Source: a virus (Duplodnaviria > Caudoviricetes). Taken from it: a stretch of DNA of 60,283 nucleotides. Numbering within the stretch: position 1 is the first letter of the stretch; each line of letters starts with the position of its first letter. Both the position numbers and the translations under genes were made by a program. Shown here in pieces: positions 43,871 to 52,795 of this stretch. The DNA lies in IMG/VR virus record IMGVR_UViG_3300021086_000005, positions 1 to 60,283 of that record; one strand, 5' to 3'. The notes below the pieces were generated by a model. The model ran no database searches and was not told where the DNA came from. It saw only the letters and a list, made by a program, of their open reading frames with translations.

Positions 43871-45247
43871 TTGACCACAGTAGTCCAAGGGCAGGCCGTC
43901 ACTCTTGAGGCAGCCTTCTTCCAGTACAGCGGTGGACCTGCTGTCGACGTCACGAACCTCACTGTGCAAATCGCCACCGTGGCAGGCGCCACTATTGTCG
44001 GCCCGACCAGCACAGGCATCGTGCACATCGCCACTGGTATCTACACGTACGTGTGGGCGACGGCGCTGATTCTCACGCCCGGTGACTATGTGGTTGCGTG
44101 GGTGGCGACTCAAACGTCGGCCAGCGAGATTGTTACCGTGCTGTCCGCGACAGCGGGTCCTCTTGCGCCTGTCGAGGTGATGTACGCGACCCGCGAGGAA
44201 GTGAAGTCCGCATTGGACGTTCCTGAGACCTCGCGGAGCAACATGCAGATCGACCGTGAGATCCAAGCAGCCTCGCGCAGCATCGAAGGCGACGTCCTCC
44301 GCTACTTCTATCCGTCGGTCAGCGTTCAGACGTTCGACTGGCCGGATCACCAGTTCGCGGCGCCGTGGCGGCTGTGGCTCGACCAGCGCGAGCTGACGTC
44401 GGTGACGCAGGTGTTGGCGGCTGGCGTGGACATCACCTCGTCGGTGATGTTGCGCCCGGATGACGCACCACTGCGCGGTATCCCGTACACGAAACTGGAG
44501 ATCGACCTATCGTCGAACTCGGCGTTCAACGCTGGCAACACCTTCCAGCGTTCCATCAGCGTGGCTGGCACGTTCGGCTACTGCGCGGCCGAGCACTCTG
44601 CCGGGACGATGGTGTCCGCGTTCACCGACCTCATCGGTACGACCGGTACGTGCACGGATTCGAACCTGCTCGGTGTCGGCTCGATCATCCGCGTCGACCA
44701 GGAACGCATGATCGTCACCGGTAAGGCTATGGCGGCGACGGGGCAGACATTGGCCGCGACCATCGCGGCACAAGCCAACGCCACCACCGTCGGTATCCAG
44801 TCCGGTGCCGCTGTCGACACCGAAGTCATCATGCTCGACTCCGAGCAGATGCTGATCACCGACATCGTCGGGAACAACCTCACGGTGATCCGGGCGTGGA
44901 ACGGCACCGTGCTCGCGCAACACACCACAGGTGCCGCCGTCAACGCGCCCCGACTTCTCACGGTGCAGCGCGGCGTGCTCGGCACCACCGCAGCCACCCA
45001 CAGCGCGAACGCGTCCATCAACGTGCACGTCGTGCCATCCCTGGTCCGGGAATGGTGCATCGCCGAAGCCCTCAACACGCTCGTCCAATCGAGGCGCGGC
45101 TACACCACCATCGTCAAGCGGTCCGCCGGCAACAACGCCGGCCCCGGTGACCCACTCGACATCTCCAGCGCCCTGGACGACCTGCGGCGGCGTGGACACA
45201 CCCGGTACCTGCGGATGCGGAAACGCACCGCGGCAAGGCTGGTGTAG
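43871..45247 (+). CDS. Extended head-to-tail adaptor
   Basis: MYATREEVKSALD...IDREIQAASRSIE core plus N-terminal Ig-like and inserted beta domains. Confidence 0.65.
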   Translation: MTTVVQGQAVTLEAAFFQYSGGPAVDVTNLTVQIATVAGATIVGPTSTGIVHIATGIYTYVWATALILTPGDYVVAWVATQTSASEIVTVLSATAGPLAPVEVMYATREEVKSALDVPETSRSNMQIDREIQAASRSIEGDVLRYFYPSVSVQTFDWPDHQFAAPWRLWLDQRELTSVTQVLAAGVDITSSVMLRPDDAPLRGIPYTKLEIDLSSNSAFNAGNTFQRSISVAGTFGYCAAEHSAGTMVSAFTDLIGTTGTCTDSNLLGVGSIIRVDQERMIVTGKAMAATGQTLAATIAAQANATTVGIQSGAAVDTEVIMLDSEQMLITDIVGNNLTVIRAWNGTVLAQHTTGAAVNAPRLLTVQRGVLGTTAATHSANASINVHVVPSLVREWCIAEALNTLVQSRRGYTTIVKRSAGNNAGPGDPLDISSALDDLRRRGHTRYLRMRKRTAARLV

Positions 45248-45249
45248 CG

Positions 45250-45720
45250 ATGAGCTCCCCGATCGGCCTGGACGTGGCGTCGCTCCTCAGCTCCCTGACC
45301 TCGCTGGCGTTGGCGACAGGGCAGTTCGTGTCGGTGTCCGGGCATGAACCTGCGTCGCCACCGGCGCAGGGTGTGACGTCGGCGATCTGGCTGGCCGCGA
45401 TCGGCCCGGCCAAGAAGGTCAGCGGACTGTCCGCGACCGCTGGGCTGGTGGTGTTCACGCAAAGGATCTACAACCCGCCGACGACGGGCGACATGGATCT
45501 GATCGACCCGATGGTCGGTAACGCCGCGGCGCAGATGATCGGCGTGTTCTCGGGCGCCTTCACGCTCGGCGGTTCGGTGTTCATGGTGGACCTGTTTGGT
45601 TCCAACGGGACGGCGTTGGCGGCGAAGGCGGGTTACGCGAATCACGGTGGCACGAACTATCGGATCATGGACATTGCGATCCCGTTGGTGATCGACGGCG
45701 TGTGGACGCAGGTGCCGTGA
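45250..45720 (+). CDS. Tail terminator-like protein
   Basis: Position; GHEPASPP...FTLGG...YRIMDIAIP. Confidence 0.6.
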   Translation: MSSPIGLDVASLLSSLTSLALATGQFVSVSGHEPASPPAQGVTSAIWLAAIGPAKKVSGLSATAGLVVFTQRIYNPPTTGDMDLIDPMVGNAAAQMIGVFSGAFTLGGSVFMVDLFGSNGTALAAKAGYANHGGTNYRIMDIAIPLVIDGVWTQVP

Positions 45721-45910
45721 TGACCCTGTGGCAGCACCTGATTCCACCGTTCGACACGTGGTGGCCCAACGAGTACGCGGCCGTCTGGTGGGGCCTGCCA
45801 GCCGCCGCGCTCACGTTGTGGCGCTCGATTCAGGCGCACCGGAGCCGGAAGTCGCTGCACGCCAAGCTCGACGAACTGCACACGCACCTCAGAATCGGGA
45901 CGGAGGACTG

Positions 45911-46864
45911 ATGGCCAAGACAAGCGGTCTCGGCGACAGGGTGTGGATCTCCGGTGTCCCCGTCTCGGGTGACGTGCAAACCGTGGCTCTGACGATGCCC
46001 GCGTCGCCACTGGACATGACCGGCATCGACAAGTCGGCGCACGAACGCATCCTTGGGCTGCGGGACGGGAAGATCGCGCTCTCGACCTACTTCAACTCGG
46101 CAGCCGGCGGCATCCACACCGTCCTGAAGACACTGCCCCGCACCGATGTGATCGGCAGTTACTTCCGTGGCTACGGTCTCGGTAGCCCGTGCGCGTCTGT
46201 GGTGTCGGTGCAGTCGAACTACGACCCGACGCGCGGTGTCGACGGAAGCCTGATCTTCAAGGCTGATCTGCTGGGCGACAAGTACGCCTTGGACTGGGGT
46301 GTGCAGCTCACCAACGGCCCCCGCACCGACGTCGCCGCCACCAACGGCACCGGTGTCGACGGCGGCAACAGCTTCAACACACCAGCCATCCCCGCCTCAC
46401 TGACCCCGGTGACGAACACGTCTCCGTTGTCGGCGGTGGTCGTGATCACCGGCGGCACCATGACCAACGTGTCGGTGAACGGTGTAACGGTCGGCGCGGG
46501 CGCCGGAACCTACACGGTCCCCCCGAACGGCACCATCACCCTGACCTACACCGTCGCGCCGACGTGGACATGGTCGCTCCAGACCGCCTTCGGGTTCCAG
46601 GCGTTCCTGCACGTGTCGGCGTTCGTCGGAACCGACGTGACCGTGAAGTTGCAGGACAGCGCGGACAACGTGACGTTCGCGGATGTCGCGTCGGGCGCGT
46701 TCGCACAGATCACGTCCGGCACACCGCAGGGCCAGCGGATCGCGGTCGGCGGCACCGCGGTCCTGCGCCGCTATGTGCGGGCCAGCACGGTCACCACGGG
46801 CGGATTCACTTCGGTCACCTTCGTCGCGTCGGTGACCCAGAACCTGGGAGTTGTGACGTTCTGA
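45911..46864 (+). CDS. Tail tube-like protein with C-terminal extension
   Basis: MAKTSGLG...DMTGIDKSAHERILGLRDG. Confidence 0.65.
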   Translation: MAKTSGLGDRVWISGVPVSGDVQTVALTMPASPLDMTGIDKSAHERILGLRDGKIALSTYFNSAAGGIHTVLKTLPRTDVIGSYFRGYGLGSPCASVVSVQSNYDPTRGVDGSLIFKADLLGDKYALDWGVQLTNGPRTDVAATNGTGVDGGNSFNTPAIPASLTPVTNTSPLSAVVVITGGTMTNVSVNGVTVGAGAGTYTVPPNGTITLTYTVAPTWTWSLQTAFGFQAFLHVSAFVGTDVTVKLQDSADNVTFADVASGAFAQITSGTPQGQRIAVGGTAVLRRYVRASTVTTGGFTSVTFVASVTQNLGVVTF

Positions 46865-47103
46865 TGGCTATAGGACAGCGTGACGCGAAAGTCAAGATCA
46901 AGCTCGGGTCGGCAGGGACCGACAACTCTGTCGTCGTCAACGGCGTCGAAATCAGAGACCTCGTGGTGTCCGTGACCGTGACGCGTGACCAGCGCGGTTA
47001 CACCACGGCCGTCCTCGAACTCATCGGCGTCGAGCTGGACGCCGAGACCGAGCAGGCAATCGCCACCATCCTGCCGCGCGACAAACCACAGCAGGTGGCG
47101 TGA
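46864..47103 (+). CDS. Hypothetical protein
   Basis: TGATG coupling. Confidence 0.55.
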   Translation: MAIGQRDAKVKIKLGSAGTDNSVVVNGVEIRDLVVSVTVTRDQRGYTTAVLELIGVELDAETEQAIATILPRDKPQQVA

Positions 47104-47516
47104 TGGCCGAACAAATGCACTGGACCATCGACACCCCGATCGCCACGCACTGGCGCAACGCCAGTTGCGAGGAGATCGGCTGCATCGACCACCACAACGG
47201 GTGGCGCATCCGCATGGACACACTCCCCGCCGAGATGCAGCACGCCGTCAAGACCAGCGGCCGGCACTGGAGCGAATGCGTCATCGACGTCGACCCCGAC
47301 ACCGCTGAGAAGTACGACCCGCCGGCCGTGTACTTCGTGTTCGAGGCCGGGCAGGCGTGTTTCAAGACGTCCCAACACAAACTGCCGACCGGCAGGCCGG
47401 AACTGTACGTGGTTCGGGACCGGGGCACAGCGCACCGGTACGACCGGAGTGATCAGTGGGCTGACGACTGCGCCACCCACACCAACAAGATCGTCAGCAT
47501 CATTGAGAGAGGGTGA
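47100..47516 (+). CDS. Tail-region hypothetical protein
   Basis: ASCEEIGC...FVFEAGQACF. Confidence 0.6.
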   Translation: MMAEQMHWTIDTPIATHWRNASCEEIGCIDHHNGWRIRMDTLPAEMQHAVKTSGRHWSECVIDVDPDTAEKYDPPAVYFVFEAGQACFKTSQHKLPTGRPELYVVRDRGTAHRYDRSDQWADDCATHTNKIVSIIERG

Positions 47517-47926
47517 GTTCGTTGGCGAAGAGTACCGGCCTCGGCTGGACCACTATGACCGTCGTCAAGTCGGACGGTAGCACCGTGGTCGACATCAGGA
47601 ATGACTGCACCAACCTGGACTTCATGACACCCAGGGCCGTGCAGGACGTCACGGGTATTGACAAGTCGGCGCACGAGCGGCTGTTGCTGCTCGGCGACTT
47701 CACCCTCAACCTGTCCGGCGTGTTCAACGCGGCCGTGTCGCACCTGGTGTTCCGCGACCTCGGTACGGGCACCACTACCCGCGCCGCGAATATCGTGGTG
47801 AACGGCGCGACGTTGGCCAACAACTGTGTCATCACCGACTACCCGATCACGCGTTCCACAAACGGTGACCTGACATGGAAGGTCCCAATGGCGCTCGCCG
47901 ATGGCGCGGTGCCGACGTGGTCGTGA
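47513..47926 (+). CDS. Major tail tube protein
   Basis: LAKSTGLG...DVTGIDKSAHERLLLLGD...LADGAVPTWS. Confidence 0.7.
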   Translation: MSSLAKSTGLGWTTMTVVKSDGSTVVDIRNDCTNLDFMTPRAVQDVTGIDKSAHERLLLLGDFTLNLSGVFNAAVSHLVFRDLGTGTTTRAANIVVNGATLANNCVITDYPITRSTNGDLTWKVPMALADGAVPTWS

Positions 47927-47947
47927 CCAGATAGGACGGAGACTTCC

Positions 47948-48319
47948 ATGCCGGTTCAGGGTGGGTTGTTCGACGGTGGCTGGGAAACCGGCATGACCGA
48001 ACTGGTCGTGGACATCACCAGCGCGGTCGCTGACACCGCGCTGGACACGTGGCGCACCAACCTTGAAGCGAACATCCGCGTCAACCACAACGAGTACATC
48101 TCGACCACGCGGGTGGATGTGACGGACACGAAGGCGACCGCGCATGACGGTGGCAACGTGTACGGCCCGTGGCTTGAGGGTCAGGGCAGCCGGAACTTCC
48201 CGGTGACCCGGTTCAAGGGCTACGACTCGGCGCGTGAGGCTGCGGAGAAGGTTGGTGCGCAGGCAGACGAGATCGGGGAGCCGGTCGTGGTGAGGTTTGT
48301 GGAGGCGATGAACGCATGA
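47948..48319 (+). CDS. Tail completion (HK97 gp10-like) protein
   Basis: VYGPWLEGQGSRN..TRFKGY. Confidence 0.6.
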   Translation: MPVQGGLFDGGWETGMTELVVDITSAVADTALDTWRTNLEANIRVNHNEYISTTRVDVTDTKATAHDGGNVYGPWLEGQGSRNFPVTRFKGYDSAREAAEKVGAQADEIGEPVVVRFVEAMNA

Positions 48320-48747
48320 GCGGCTATGTAGTTCCGCGAACCATCCTCAAACTCGTGTTCGTCGATGCTGAATACGAGGGCATTGAGGTACGGGTCAAGA
48401 AGCTGTCGGTCGGGGAGGCGTTCCGGGCGACGGACCTCCGCTGGCAGAACCCCACCGACACGGTCGAGGACATCAAGGCCCACCTCGCGGAACTACACAC
48501 CATGTTCGTCGAGCACCTCGTGGACTGGAACCTCACCGAGGAGGACGGAACTCCCGTTCCGCGAACCTTCGAGGGGCTGCGCGGACTGGAGGGCGAGTTC
48601 GTCGGTTTGCTGATGGGGACGTGGCTCGACACCGTCCACGGAGCGTCGCGCCCTTTGCCGAAGCCATCCGGAAGTGGCGGTTCGTCGCCGCCGACGGAGG
48701 TGGAAGAGATGCTGACGGAAATCCCATCGGAAAGCCTCGCGAGCTAG
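48316..48747 (+). CDS. Tail assembly chaperone (gpG-like)
   Basis: LVDWNLTEEDGTPVP; upstream of tape measure. Confidence 0.8.
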   Translation: MSGYVVPRTILKLVFVDAEYEGIEVRVKKLSVGEAFRATDLRWQNPTDTVEDIKAHLAELHTMFVEHLVDWNLTEEDGTPVPRTFEGLRGLEGEFVGLLMGTWLDTVHGASRPLPKPSGSGGSSPPTEVEEMLTEIPSESLAS

Positions 48748-48887
48748 TCGAGTCGGAACGGGTGCTGCGGTTGTTGCAGCGGTTCCCCGCCTACACGCTC
48801 TCGACGCTGTTGGCTGAGAGTTCGGATCTGTTGCGGCACGTGGCGATTGCTGACTATGGGTTGGAGGTGAATACCGATGGGCAATGA
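48651..48887 (+). CDS. -1 frameshift extension of tail chaperone (gpGT-like)
   Basis: In-phase slippery heptamer C CCT TTG at 48651-48657; -1 frame open to 48887. Confidence 0.7.
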   Translation, partial: PFAEAIRKWRFVAADGGGRDADGNPIGKPRELVESERVLRLLQRFPAYTLSTLLAESSDLLRHVAIADYGLEVNTDGQ

Positions 48888-51800
48888 GGTCGTAATTGAG
48901 ATATCTGCGCTGGACAAGACGCAGCCGACCAAGGATGAACTGAAGGCGTCGTGGCAGACGTTCGAGAAGTCGTTCGCACCGATCGGTATCACCGCAACCA
49001 ACCCGATCAACGAGGCTTTCCTGGCTCAGGTGAAGGCTTCGCTGAAGACGATCAGCAAGCAGGCCCTTGAGATCCCGGTCAACGCCGACACCGCGCCGTT
49101 CCTGGAGCAGCTCGACGCGACCCTCGGTGAACTGTCGGGGATCGCCAGGGCTGATATCCCGGTTGAGATCGCGAACGCCGCCGAATACCGGGCGTCCGTT
49201 GAGGAACTGGTGGCGCAGGTCGGCCAGGAGGTCAGAGAGACCATCATCGTGGAAGCGGACCCGTCGTCGCTGGCCGCGTTGAAGATCCAGACACAACAAG
49301 CCGCTGACGAAGCCGCCGCTGCTGCGTCGGCCGCGGCGCAGCAGGAGTCGAAAGCCCAACAGGAGTTGGCTGCCGCGCAGGCGACGGCGAACGCTGAGCC
49401 GACAACCAAGTCCCAGTTGGCGTTGGCAGCGGCAGAGGATGAAGCGGCAGCTGCGGGGGTAGCGAACTCGAAGGCTCAGGCGGATCTGGGGGCTGCTGAG
49501 GCTGTTGCTGCGTCGGCGTCAGCGGCGCTCGCGAAGAGTGAGGATGTCGCGGCTACCGCGTCCCGCGGGTTGGGTGCCGCGATGGGCCCCATGTACATGC
49601 TGATGAACGTCGCGCAGATCGCGATGATGGGCATGTTCATGACCACAGGGTCGACTGCTGCCGCGACGCAGGACTTGTCGCAGCAGATCATCGCGTTGGG
49701 TGCCGCGACAGGTTCAACGGCGACGTCGATGCTCGGTGGTAACGCGTCCATGCAGAAAATGTCTGGGGACCTGCTGATCCTCGGGCAATCGGGTTCGCAG
49801 TTCGCGCAGTCATATTCCGGGAGCATCGCGACAGCAACAAGCTACACGAACGGTTTGCATACCCAGCAGGCGCAGTTGGGTTCGCAGATGATGACGATGA
49901 CGCAGATCGGTGAGGATGCCGCGATTTCCCTTGCCGCAGTCGGGGATCAGGGCATGGACACCACCATGTCCGTCAAGGACCTGACGGATTCGGTGAACGG
50001 GAATCATGATGCCTACACGAAGCTGTCGCCGGCAGCGAAGCAGGCGGTGGACCAGTACAACGCGTTGAACAACATTGTGCCGCAGGCGGACAACGCGCTG
50101 GCTGGGATGAAGGCGACGGTCGCGGCGAACCAGAACGCTTTGGCGGCGCTCGGGTTCACGATGGACGCCGGCCAGCAGGCCGCGAACGGCTACGGGTTGG
50201 CGATTCAGGCAGCGTCGAAATCAATCGCTGAGGCGACATCCGGCGCGACGTACATGGAGAACGCGACCGACAAGGCCAGCATTACTGCCGGTCAGGGTGT
50301 GCAGGCGTGGAAACAGTTGCAGGCCGCAGTGACGACGGCTGGGCAAGCCTACGACTCGGCTGGCTTGGCTGTCGCGAACGCTGAGCATGGTGTCACGACA
50401 GCGAGTCAGGGTGTCGCTGCGGCTGTCCACAGTGAACAGCAGGCCGTCCTTGCGGTGACGACGGCGCAGAAGGCGTACACGAACGCTGTCTACCAGGAAA
50501 CGCAGGCTCAGCAGGCGGTAACGGCGGCTCGGGCGACGGCTCAGCAGCAGTTGATCAGCCTCAAGTTGCAGTCCGACTCGGCGGCGCAGTCGGTGGATCA
50601 GGCGAACCTATCCCTGTACCAAGCGACCCAGGCCGCTGCTGCGGTGGGTGTGAACAGTGGGAACGCGCAGGGTTTCGCGGACGGGCCGATCAACGCCGCG
50701 AACGCCGCCCAGGTCGCTGCCGCTGACGCCCTGATCGCGGCGCAGAATCAGGTGGCGTCGTCCCAGGATGCGAGCACTCAGGCTCAAAACGCCCTGAACA
50801 CGGCCCGGGCGCAGGGTGTCGACAACAACCCGCAGGTCCTGTCGGCTGAACACGCTCTGGCGCAGGCACAGGACGGTGTGCAGACCGCTGCTCAGGGTGT
50901 CACGAACGCCGAGTACGCGCAGCAGCAAGCGGTACAGGCGGTCGCGAACGCTGACTACGGGTTACAGCAAGCCGAGCAGGGTGTGACGCAGGCTGAGCAG
51001 GCGCGGGCAGCGGCTGCGACGGCGTTGACGACGGCGACGGATGCGTCGTCCCGGTCGACGGATCAGAACACGGTGATTGGTGCGCAGAACCGGCAGATGT
51101 TGGAGAACATTTTCGTTGCCTACCGGGACGCGACCGGGTCGGAGCAGATCGCCGCCGCAGCGACGCAGCAAGTCGGGCAGCAGATGGGGTTCACGTCCGA
51201 CAAGATCGGCGGTGTTCTCAACAGTCTCAACGGGCTGAACGGCACCAACACCCAGTTCAGCATCACGGGTACGCCGAGCCTGAACCCGCAGCAACTCACC
51301 CAGGTCGGCCAGGAACTGGGGATGAACTTCGCGCAGATCGAGGCGCTCCTCCCAGCGCAGGCAACCCGGCGGGCGAAAGCCACGGGTGGCCCAGCGGACG
51401 GCATGGTGTGGGTCGGTGAGCAGGGCCCGGAACTGGTCCGCTTGGCGCCGGGGTCGTCGGTGATGCCGCACGCGAACTCGATGCTCGCAGCGTCGCAGGG
51501 CTACGCCAACGGCGGCACGGTGGGTGCCCTGGGCATGAACTTGCCGATCGCGGCGCAGTGGGGCGCGCTGGACGTTGCCGGGCAGATGTTGCACGCGTTC
51601 GGTGGGCCTGCTGTGACGTTGCCGGCAGCGGCTGCGGTGGACTGGGGCGCGTTCTCCGCTGCGTCCGGTCTGGGCGGCGGCGGTGGAGGCGGCGGCGGGT
51701 CGTTGGCGGCGTCCAGTGGGCTCGCGTCGGCTGCGCAAGCCTATGCATCGTCGATCCTGTCCCAGTATGGCTGGGGCCAGGACCAGATGCCCGCGTTGAT

Positions 51801-52257
51801 CAAATTGTGGAATCAGGAGTCCGGCTGGAACCCCTACGCGGTCAACCCATCGTCTGGGGCGTACGGCATCCCGCAATCGTTGGGGCACGGGCATCCCTAC
51901 AACCTGGGTGACTACATCGGGCAGGTGAACTGGGGAGAGGCATACGTCAAGGGCCGCTATGGCTCACCGAACGCGGCGTGGGCGCATGAGCAGGGGTTCA
52001 ACTGGTACGGCAACGGTGGCCCGGCATCCGGTTGGGCCGGGATCGGTGACGGTGGCCCGGAAGTGGTACACCTGCCGAACGGCAGCACGGTGATGCCGGC
52101 CGCGAACAGTCACTCGGCGGGGACCTCCATCAACGTCGAGGTCGGCATCGTCTTCGGCGGCAACACGGACAGCGCTATGGCGTCGGCGTTTATGAAATTG
52201 GTGAAGGCCGGGAGTATCCAGCTCACCGCGAACGGGCAACGAGTGAAGGTCGGATAG
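48877..52257 (+). CDS. Tape measure protein with C-terminal lytic transglycosylase
   Basis: 1126 aa Ala/Gln-rich; VGEQGPELV; LWNQESGWNPYAVNPSSGAYGIPQ. Confidence 0.9.
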   Translation: MGNEVVIEISALDKTQPTKDELKASWQTFEKSFAPIGITATNPINEAFLAQVKASLKTISKQALEIPVNADTAPFLEQLDATLGELSGIARADIPVEIANAAEYRASVEELVAQVGQEVRETIIVEADPSSLAALKIQTQQAADEAAAAASAAAQQESKAQQELAAAQATANAEPTTKSQLALAAAEDEAAAAGVANSKAQADLGAAEAVAASASAALAKSEDVAATASRGLGAAMGPMYMLMNVAQIAMMGMFMTTGSTAAATQDLSQQIIALGAATGSTATSMLGGNASMQKMSGDLLILGQSGSQFAQSYSGSIATATSYTNGLHTQQAQLGSQMMTMTQIGEDAAISLAAVGDQGMDTTMSVKDLTDSVNGNHDAYTKLSPAAKQAVDQYNALNNIVPQADNALAGMKATVAANQNALAALGFTMDAGQQAANGYGLAIQAASKSIAEATSGATYMENATDKASITAGQGVQAWKQLQAAVTTAGQAYDSAGLAVANAEHGVTTASQGVAAAVHSEQQAVLAVTTAQKAYTNAVYQETQAQQAVTAARATAQQQLISLKLQSDSAAQSVDQANLSLYQATQAAAAVGVNSGNAQGFADGPINAANAAQVAAADALIAAQNQVASSQDASTQAQNALNTARAQGVDNNPQVLSAEHALAQAQDGVQTAAQGVTNAEYAQQQAVQAVANADYGLQQAEQGVTQAEQARAAAATALTTATDASSRSTDQNTVIGAQNRQMLENIFVAYRDATGSEQIAAAATQQVGQQMGFTSDKIGGVLNSLNGLNGTNTQFSITGTPSLNPQQLTQVGQELGMNFAQIEALLPAQATRRAKATGGPADGMVWVGEQGPELVRLAPGSSVMPHANSMLAASQGYANGGTVGALGMNLPIAAQWGALDVAGQMLHAFGGPAVTLPAAAAVDWGAFSAASGLGGGGGGGGGSLAASSGLASAAQAYASSILSQYGWGQDQMPALIKLWNQESGWNPYAVNPSSGAYGIPQSLGHGHPYNLGDYIGQVNWGEAYVKGRYGSPNAAWAHEQGFNWYGNGGPASGWAGIGDGGPEVVHLPNGSTVMPAANSHSAGTSINVEVGIVFGGNTDSAMASAFMKLVKAGSIQLTANGQRVKVG

Positions 52258-52264
52258 GAGTGCG

Positions 52265-52789
52265 ATGAGTCTGCACCGCTACAAGATATGGAACTCGCCT
52301 ATGGTGTCGACGGCGGCGATGATCCCGGTGACGACGGGATCGTCGACAGCGAAGACGATGCTTCAGTTGGCTATTCCCGCGTCGCGGACGATCACGATCA
52401 TCTCGTGGGGCTGGGAGATCGACGCATTGCCCACGACGACGCTGACCGGTCGGATCGAACTGATCGAAACCGACGTAGCGGCGACCGTGACCGCACACGC
52501 GGCGTCCGGTGTGCAGCCGCTTCTACCGGGTGTGCCGGCGAGCCTGCTCACGCTGGGTACCTCGGCGACCGGCTACACGGCCACTGTGGAGGGTTCGCCC
52601 GTGACGACTCGCACGTTCGACCAGGACGAGGTCAACGGCGCCACCTATCTGGGAATGACCCCGGCCACCGACCAGTACCAGTTCATGCAGGACGAACGGC
52701 CCGTGGTGGCGGTGTCGAAGTTCCTCCGGGTCCGGGCAACGTTCGGGTCGCCAGTGAACATGTTGTGCTGGGCCGTCGTCGAAGAATAG
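52265..52789 (+). CDS. Minor tail protein
   Basis: Position after TMP; AGGAG RBS. Confidence 0.6.
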   Translation: MSLHRYKIWNSPMVSTAAMIPVTTGSSTAKTMLQLAIPASRTITIISWGWEIDALPTTTLTGRIELIETDVAATVTAHAASGVQPLLPGVPASLLTLGTSATGYTATVEGSPVTTRTFDQDEVNGATYLGMTPATDQYQFMQDERPVVAVSKFLRVRATFGSPVNMLCWAVVEE

Positions 52790-52795
52790 GGGCTG

